Shown: in pieces, positions 58,273 to 64,000 of the stretch
Layout of the letters: every line of letters starts with the position of its first letter
How positions within the stretch are numbered: position 1 is the first letter of the stretch
Virus record (IMG/VR): IMGVR_UViG_3300031414_000013
Span: 1 to 64,000 of that record
Length of the DNA: 64,000 bases
Source of the DNA: a virus
Reading direction: 5' to 3' (one strand)
Made by a program: the position numbers and the translations under genes
Notes under the pieces: generated by a model
Told to the model about the DNA's origin: nothing
Databases searched by the model: none
Seen by the model: only the letters and a program-made list of their open reading frames with translations

Positions 58273-59495
58273 TATTTGCTCACCGGGATAGACACACGTG
58301 GATGTGGATCATATCCTTCAAGGGTGAAGTCTTCAAAGATGAAGTCCTTCGGGTCCGTGACGGTACGGCCTTTGGTGTTAATTACCAGCTTAGGCAACGG
58401 ACGTGGTTCACGATCAATGAACTCTGGGATTTTATCCAGTTGGTTATTGTAGATGTGAACATCACCACCGATCCAGATTAACTCATCCACCGTGTAGTTG
58501 AGGATGTGTGCGAACATGTGACATAGCAGTGCATAGCCAGCGATGTTGAACGGCGTGCCCAGCAGGATATCCTGAGAACGACAGTATACGGAAAGAGACA
58601 GGGCGCGAGTAGGGACGTTCATGCGGTTAAGCAGCAGCGTATAGTCCTTGTCTTCATTCCACATGGCCGGTAACTCAACACCACTGCGTGATGCATACTC
58701 GGCCTTACGCTCTTCGTAGGACAGCTCACGGGTATACGCCTGAAGCAGTGTGTGGCACCAGGCCAATGCCGCATTACCAACCAATACGTTTTCTTGAGGA
58801 GACAGGTTCATCTCATCTGGTAACTCGCTGGCGTTCCAGTTATTCACAATGTGACGGCGTGAGTCTGGGCGAGCTTTCAGCAGATAGAGCAGCTCGGCGA
58901 TCTGGTCGCGCGCAGCATCGCTGTAGTCCATCAACTGACTTAAACGGGCAAGATCGATCTTACCATCAAATTCAGCACGACGGATTTTATCATCCAGTTG
59001 ACGACGGTCGATAAAACCAGAGTTCCACTTACGCATTTGTTTGCCGTAGACAGGACCTAAGTCGCCGATACGCAAACCGTCTTTCAATACCAGGTTAACG
59101 TCGCCACCTACGGTATCGCTCTTCACCCACTCCAGTGCTTTGGTGGGTTGCCGATGGAATGAAACGTCCAGTAGGTGTGGAGGCACCAGACTTTTCAGCT
59201 TCTCAATATCAACATGTTCCCACTTGATATCTTCGATGCCAACTGCCCAGTCGTTCCAGATTTTGACGTTCTTCTCGCGTAGGGTTTCGTTGTTGGTATC
59301 CCCGTTTAAGAACCACAGGTTTTCTTCAACGATTGGGCGGAAAGGCGTATGCTTCACGGTAACTAACGGTAAGCCTTCACGTAGGTTAAAGCGCATGGTG
59401 CGATGGAACACAGATACTGTGCCTGTGCCGGTGCGGTCGCCTTTGTTGTTACCATTGTCACGAACATCTTTAATTAAATCGATATACTGTTGCAT
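58272..59495 (-). CDS. thyA: Thymidylate synthase with insertions
   Basis: DRTGTGT, E.LWF, LGPVYG, SRR, WCH, RSQD..LG.PFN, GDVHIY; start at 59495. Confidence 0.96.
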   Translation of the reverse strand: MQQYIDLIKDVRDNGNNKGDRTGTGTVSVFHRTMRFNLREGLPLVTVKHTPFRPIVEENLWFLNGDTNNETLREKNVKIWNDWAVGIEDIKWEHVDIEKLKSLVPPHLLDVSFHRQPTKALEWVKSDTVGGDVNLVLKDGLRIGDLGPVYGKQMRKWNSGFIDRRQLDDKIRRAEFDGKIDLARLSQLMDYSDAARDQIAELLYLLKARPDSRRHIVNNWNASELPDEMNLSPQENVLVGNAALAWCHTLLQAYTRELSYEERKAEYASRSGVELPAMWNEDKDYTLLLNRMNVPTRALSLSVYCRSQDILLGTPFNIAGYALLCHMFAHILNYTVDELIWIGGDVHIYNNQLDKIPEFIDREPRPLPKLVINTKGRTVTDPKDFIFEDFTLEGYDPHPRVSIPVSK

Positions 59496-60058
59496 TAGAA
59501 CCCCATGGTCTCTGCCGCTAAAAAGGAACACTCTGGATCTGCGGTACGAATGATCTTACATACAGCAGCCAATTTATATTCGAAGTCTTCGTACTCTGAG
59601 GATAAACGCTCACGAGTCCAAGGCTCGCCCGCATCTCGGTCAAACGAATACCCGCCATCAATATCTTCTCGATAGCGAGTACCCATAGTAAAGTGTGCAT
59701 CGTAGTGAATGCCTTCTACTGGATCACACAACCACACATGAAAGGGGTCGCCCAGTAAAATAAGATCTACACCCATCAGTTCCAACTGTCCACGTACCAG
59801 TGCAGCAAAGGTGTGGCAGAGTCCACAATTGACCAAGTCTGTAATGTCTTTGACGGTTGCATTAACCGCCATAAACGGTGACAGCTTTGAGCGCAGTGGT
59901 GACAACACCGAACGCAGTTCATTGATCGTGCGGGTGATCAATTGGTTACGTGGAGTTAGAGTCGGCGTCAAGTACGACTCACCTTCCTCAAGAAACGGAT
60001 ACGCGAATTTCGCATGTGCGTTAAATAAGTCAGTTGTAGTGATGGGTGTAGTAAACAT
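59495..60058 (-). CDS. Papain/transglutaminase-like Cys-His-Asp protein
   Basis: VNCGLCHTFA...HVWL...HYDA. Confidence 0.6.
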   Translation of the reverse strand: MFTTPITTTDLFNAHAKFAYPFLEEGESYLTPTLTPRNQLITRTINELRSVLSPLRSKLSPFMAVNATVKDITDLVNCGLCHTFAALVRGQLELMGVDLILLGDPFHVWLCDPVEGIHYDAHFTMGTRYREDIDGGYSFDRDAGEPWTRERLSSEYEDFEYKLAAVCKIIRTADPECSFLAAETMGF

Positions 60059-60059
60059 A

Positions 60060-60761
60060 TCAAATGCCTTCTTGAATCTTTAAGAGCGTAAGAGGCTGTT
60101 CTTTCTTATACGCCCCGGTCGCAATGTAAATGTGATTGTGATACAACTCGACTTCATTGGTGTGGTTATGACCATGTACAAAGAGATCTGCACCAGTCGT
60201 TGGTTTCCCACCACCTTTCTTTCGAGCCAGGTAATAGTCGCGATCCCACGTACAGGCGAAGGTATCGACCTTCTTACCGTATTCGTATTGATCGTGCGGA
60301 TAGGTAGCATGGACAACAACTACCTTCTGGTCCTTGCAGTTGACTTCAATGATAAACGGGAAATCTGCCGTTTTCATCAGCTTGCCAACCACATGGTCAC
60401 GTTCCTTACCGACTTCAAGGTCTAAGATCCACGTGCCGCCATTATACAGCCAGAGACCAACAGCATTCTCCTCCAACTGCTCAATAGCAGACGTGGCTAG
60501 ATCTTCGTGATTACCGCGCGTCATGACAAACCAAGGCTCGCCAATCAGTTCGACCATTTTCACGGAGTCAGGACCACGGTCAATAATGTCACCAACAGAA
60601 ATCAGAAGGTCGAGTTCACGATCGAACTCAACGTCATCCAATTGCTCCATCAGTTTTTCATACTGTCCGTGTACGTCACCTACGACAAAGATGTTCCGGT
60701 ACTTTGACCCGTCGATTTGCATATACACTTCTTCGGGTTGTTTGACTACCAGTCGAGTCAT
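60060..60761 (-). CDS. Ser/Thr protein phosphatase (lambda/PrpA-like metallophosphoesterase)
   Basis: GDVHG, VGDIIDRGPDS, RGNHE, HA, HGH. Confidence 0.92.
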   Translation of the reverse strand: MTRLVVKQPEEVYMQIDGSKYRNIFVVGDVHGQYEKLMEQLDDVEFDRELDLLISVGDIIDRGPDSVKMVELIGEPWFVMTRGNHEDLATSAIEQLEENAVGLWLYNGGTWILDLEVGKERDHVVGKLMKTADFPFIIEVNCKDQKVVVVHATYPHDQYEYGKKVDTFACTWDRDYYLARKKGGGKPTTGADLFVHGHNHTNEVELYHNHIYIATGAYKKEQPLTLLKIQEGI

Positions 60762-61498
60762 TAGTGCACCTGTAAGTGTGCGCTACCCGGAAGGTTATCG
60801 GTGGGTTTACCTTCAAACCAGAACCGCCCTGCCAGGCTCAGTCCACTTACTTTGACATCGGTAGTTGCAACGTCAATAAGCAGTTTAGTGAGTGTAGGCA
60901 AAACAAGTTCACTACCAGGCAACATGGCTGGGGTGAAACCGAGGAAAGCCTTGTACTGGTTGTAAGCATCCACAACGACCTGGATGCTAGGTTCAAGGTT
61001 TGTCATTCCACGGTGGTAAAGACACGGCCAATCGTTATCATCGAATACAGCCACATTCATGATACCGTATGCTTCAACCATGCCAGTGATTGTGTCCTGT
61101 GCACTAACATGCAGTGCGAACTTCTTCCAGAACTCCAACAGCTCGCCGTGTGCTTCGACCATTGCATATTCGCTTGGTGTCAGATCACGTTCCTCATGCG
61201 CCTTAATGATGGCGATGAAGTCATCCTTGTTCTCCGGGAAATAATCCGGATTAGCCAGAATGCTTTCAACCTGTTGATGGATAGGCGAGAACAGCGTATA
61301 TGTCACCGGACGACGACGTGCGAAGTCGTTAGCCGCAGTAATGTTCTCTACGGTTGTCGAGATACCCAATCGCTCAGCGATGTTCATCGCCTCCTGGATT
61401 TGAATGGTCTCGCCCATACCAGCCTCACCGAGAATGATTTGGCACAGGTTGGCAACCGCAAGATCTTCGTAATTAAAACCAATGGTTAACTTATCCAT
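60761..61498 (-). CDS. Hypothetical protein
   Basis: 245 aa, coupled at both ends. Confidence 0.75.
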   Translation of the reverse strand: MDKLTIGFNYEDLAVANLCQIILGEAGMGETIQIQEAMNIAERLGISTTVENITAANDFARRRPVTYTLFSPIHQQVESILANPDYFPENKDDFIAIIKAHEERDLTPSEYAMVEAHGELLEFWKKFALHVSAQDTITGMVEAYGIMNVAVFDDNDWPCLYHRGMTNLEPSIQVVVDAYNQYKAFLGFTPAMLPGSELVLPTLTKLLIDVATTDVKVSGLSLAGRFWFEGKPTDNLPGSAHLQVH

Positions 61499-61764
61499 TA
61501 TGTTTCCTTATTGATTACAGTGATAAAATCGCCATCCGGTAAAGCGAAGGGCTTCAGGGTTTCGCTGTCGAAATACTTTGGCTCAACGCCAGACATGGAT
61601 GGCTCACCGTGCCCTCCACCGCCAGAGATACCAGACGGTGTCACCAAGAGTACTCGATCGCAATGCTTTGCTCTAAAGGGCATCTCTACCGCCACCGCGT
61701 TGCCCTCAGTGTCAACCCAATTACCTAACGGCCAATAGAAAAACTGCCATTTAACGTCCATCAC
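61498..61764 (-). CDS. Hypothetical protein
   Basis: 88 aa, coupled. Confidence 0.6.
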   Translation of the reverse strand: MMDVKWQFFYWPLGNWVDTEGNAVAVEMPFRAKHCDRVLLVTPSGISGGGGHGEPSMSGVEPKYFDSETLKPFALPDGDFITVINKET

Positions 61765-62354
61765 TCAGGCTCACTATTCAGATGGTTAGCGATAGCGATG
61801 AACTTTCTGGCCTCTGCTTCTGAGGTACCGATGAAACGAGTACTACAGTCTTCAGTAAACCAGATCTGTTCAACGGTCTCTTCTTCCGGCAAAGCCATCA
61901 CATACCAACCAACATGCTTAGAGCCAGTTAGGGTATGGCGTGTGCTGATATCGAGGGTTGCTTTAAAGGCAGGGATGATACGCAGCCGACACGGCGTGTC
62001 CGAATGGAAACCATCCATGCTGATCATATCCAGACTGCCCTGATAACGAACGCGCAGGCTTAAGAGTGCAGCCGTCAATTCATACGCCTGTACAGCTACC
62101 GTAGCTGACATTGGTGTATTGCAGAACACCTCAGTCCAGTTTACTAGCAGTGGGTTTTGTGACAGATTGTGACCCATAAAAGCGGTGCGCGATTTAGCCA
62201 ACGCCATGTAGTACTCACGATAGTGGTCTAAACTCACTGCTGGAATCGATTTTGTGTACTCGATGATGCTCGCGGCGAGAGCACCATCCTGAATAAACTC
62301 ACCGTTGATGCTAAAGGCGGGACAGATATCCTCCCGAGACATTGGTCTAATCAA
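61761..62354 (-). CDS. Hypothetical protein
   Basis: 197 aa, GGAGG RBS. Confidence 0.7.
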   Translation of the reverse strand: MIRPMSREDICPAFSINGEFIQDGALAASIIEYTKSIPAVSLDHYREYYMALAKSRTAFMGHNLSQNPLLVNWTEVFCNTPMSATVAVQAYELTAALLSLRVRYQGSLDMISMDGFHSDTPCRLRIIPAFKATLDISTRHTLTGSKHVGWYVMALPEEETVEQIWFTEDCSTRFIGTSEAEARKFIAIANHLNSEPE

Positions 62355-62887
62355 AGTGCCTCCAGTTCTTTCAGGTATTCGTTAATACGCTTAGCAATGC
62401 TGATTTGCAGTACGCGCAGTACATCGCGTTTCTTGTCAATGCCAATTTTTGGGTTAGACATTACCTGCTGTGCTACCAGGAATGGCGCGCCTGGTGTGCC
62501 AGAGGCCGCCATGCTAACATAGTGCGGGTTTAAGAAACGCTCCGGATGGACGAGATGCTCAATTTCATCGGCCGTGCCGGATGCAGATAATTCGTTGTTT
62601 TTGTAAATTTCTACTGCACGCGATAACACACGCCGTGGTTCGTACTCGTTGAGTCCAATGCCACCGTTATATTGACGGTAAGATGTGGATTCAAAGAGGT
62701 GGAGGTTTCGGTTAAGCTCTTGGGCATACTCGATGATGCCATCAATGGTCTTACGACGTTCGCGTTTGATATACCAACGAGTCGTTTTGATAAGACTACG
62801 GATAGTGCCCAGACACATAACGAAAACGAACAACGCATTTAATGCAACCAGCAGCACTGTGATCTTCAATAACGTAAGTAAGTCCAT
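62351..62887 (-). CDS. N-terminal TM protein
   Basis: Hydrophobic helix followed by a basic stretch. Confidence 0.7.
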   Translation of the reverse strand: MDLLTLLKITVLLVALNALFVFVMCLGTIRSLIKTTRWYIKRERRKTIDGIIEYAQELNRNLHLFESTSYRQYNGGIGLNEYEPRRVLSRAVEIYKNNELSASGTADEIEHLVHPERFLNPHYVSMAASGTPGAPFLVAQQVMSNPKIGIDKKRDVLRVLQISIAKRINEYLKELEAL

Positions 62888-62918
62888 TGTTTATTCCTAA
62901 CAAAAAAGATAAATAGAA

Positions 62919-62944
62919 AAGAGGAGACCGAACTGGTCTCCTCT
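62919..62944 (-). terminator. Intrinsic terminator
   Basis: AGAGGAGACC/GGTCTCCTCT stem, identical to the stem at 44817. Confidence 0.8.
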
Positions 62945-62952
62945 CTGTGTTA

Positions 62953-63387
62953 TTAATCGAAATAACCGACCCAGATGTTTCTGCTAGCAAACCCACTCTT
63001 GAAGTCTGCTGTCTTATGTTCAGAGTCGATCATATACCGCAATAGTTTTTCATCTAATGCGAATGCTCTACTCTTGAACTCTTCAGACACATCCATATCG
63101 CGAACCGCAGTCCAGATGCCGTGGTGAACTGGCCAGTAACCGTGATTAGCAATAATGTCGTCCGGGTTAAGCTCTAACCACTCGGTATGAGTGTCGCCAC
63201 AGAACTCACGAAACTCTTCAAGTGTCTCACAGGACTTACCACCCCGCATGCAGCCTGGGAATTCACCAGCAGCAAAGTAACCGTCTTTATACAGCACGTA
63301 ACCACCGCACTGCACAAAGCCAGAGTTTGTACTGATTATCTCAAACGCACGCTCTACGGAAACCGGTGTCCCGGCACTAATTTGCAT
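62953..63387 (-). CDS. Hypothetical protein
   Basis: 144 aa. Confidence 0.7.
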   Translation of the reverse strand: MQISAGTPVSVERAFEIISTNSGFVQCGGYVLYKDGYFAAGEFPGCMRGGKSCETLEEFREFCGDTHTEWLELNPDDIIANHGYWPVHHGIWTAVRDMDVSEEFKSRAFALDEKLLRYMIDSEHKTADFKSGFASRNIWVGYFD

Positions 63388-63967
63388 CAGTCATATCCAG
63401 GAACTCAATGCCCTGGAAGACACATCCGTTACTCGACTGAATGTCAGAGTTCGAATACATCACGCGAATGCGAGTTTCAAAGCCGCGTACCATGCGAACT
63501 TTAAATTCGATAGGGTGAATGTACTGCTCTTTACGGACAGGGTTTCTGAAAGCCGGAGGGAAGGAAGGCGTACTGCTATCACTTACAGATGGCGGGTAGT
63601 CATAACCAGCTGCCTGCGAATATGTCGCACCAACGGTAGTCGCTTTTTCACGAGCATCGGCTGCACACACCTTGGCATATTTGTCATCAGGTGAGTTGTA
63701 ACCTTTGGCGGCTTGTGCGTGTTGCACCGGCTGCTCAACTACTGCGCTTCGACTTTCCTGTTCCTTCTGGCGTGTCTCTGCTACCTTCAGCTGTCGGGTT
63801 GACTCTTCCGAAGCCAGACGTGCCTTTTCACTTACTGCACGAGCGTGGTTGCTGACAACATCTGCTGAACTAATGATCTCAGCAGTTGGGGCTACAGCGG
63901 CATGCACTGGATTGGCAAAACCACACAACGCCAACATCGTGGCGAGTACAACGGTTAACTTTTTCAT
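63377..63967 (-). CDS. Exported protein with signal peptide
   Basis: MKKLTVVLATMLALCGFANPVHA; AAGGA RBS. Confidence 0.75.
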   Translation of the reverse strand: MKKLTVVLATMLALCGFANPVHAAVAPTAEIISSADVVSNHARAVSEKARLASEESTRQLKVAETRQKEQESRSAVVEQPVQHAQAAKGYNSPDDKYAKVCAADAREKATTVGATYSQAAGYDYPPSVSDSSTPSFPPAFRNPVRKEQYIHPIEFKVRMVRGFETRIRVMYSNSDIQSSNGCVFQGIEFLDMTDAN

Positions 63968-64000
63968 TTACTTTCCTTAGGCTGCTATTTGAAGGCGACG

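Noticed and set aside
61405-61440. ILGEAGMGET as a Walker A motif
   Set aside because: Catalytic Lys absent and no Walker B context

Overview
64-kb segment of a lytic jumbo bacteriophage genome of the phiKZ-like (probably nucleus-forming, Chimalliviridae-type) group, likely infecting an enteric gammaproteobacterium (inference). About 104 densely packed genes, all but two on the minus strand. Recognisable genes: a phiKZ-type family-B DNA polymerase subunit without an exonuclease domain, NAD-dependent DNA ligase, thymidylate synthase, thymidine kinase, PhoH, a HAD nucleotidase fusion, an Rnl1-type RNA ligase, a Ser/Thr phosphatase, macrodomain, NADAR, GNAT and an Acb1-like 2H phosphoesterase. 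A repeated TTTYARRTATAYATTAC-like motif resembles phiKZ early promoters. TATG elements resemble non-virion RNAP promoters, and many intrinsic terminators end in TTTATGCC. Most interesting observations: (1) three stand-alone mini-proteins that look like excised modules of essential host proteins (ribosomal protein bS1 domain 1, an AlaRS helical subdomain, the redox C-terminal tail of NrdA), possibly a host-mimicry toolkit; (2) four proteasome-beta/HslV-like paralogs, two with an N-terminal Thr and two degenerate; (3) three dispersed Cys-His-Asp papain/transglutaminase-like paralogs; (4) several TATG-to-terminator structured RNA candidates and an RBS-sequestering cloverleaf leader; (5) an eight-gene tandem paralog array upstream of the polymerase. 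No tRNA, rRNA, CRISPR array or integrase was seen. All family assignments come from motifs recognised by eye; no searches were run.
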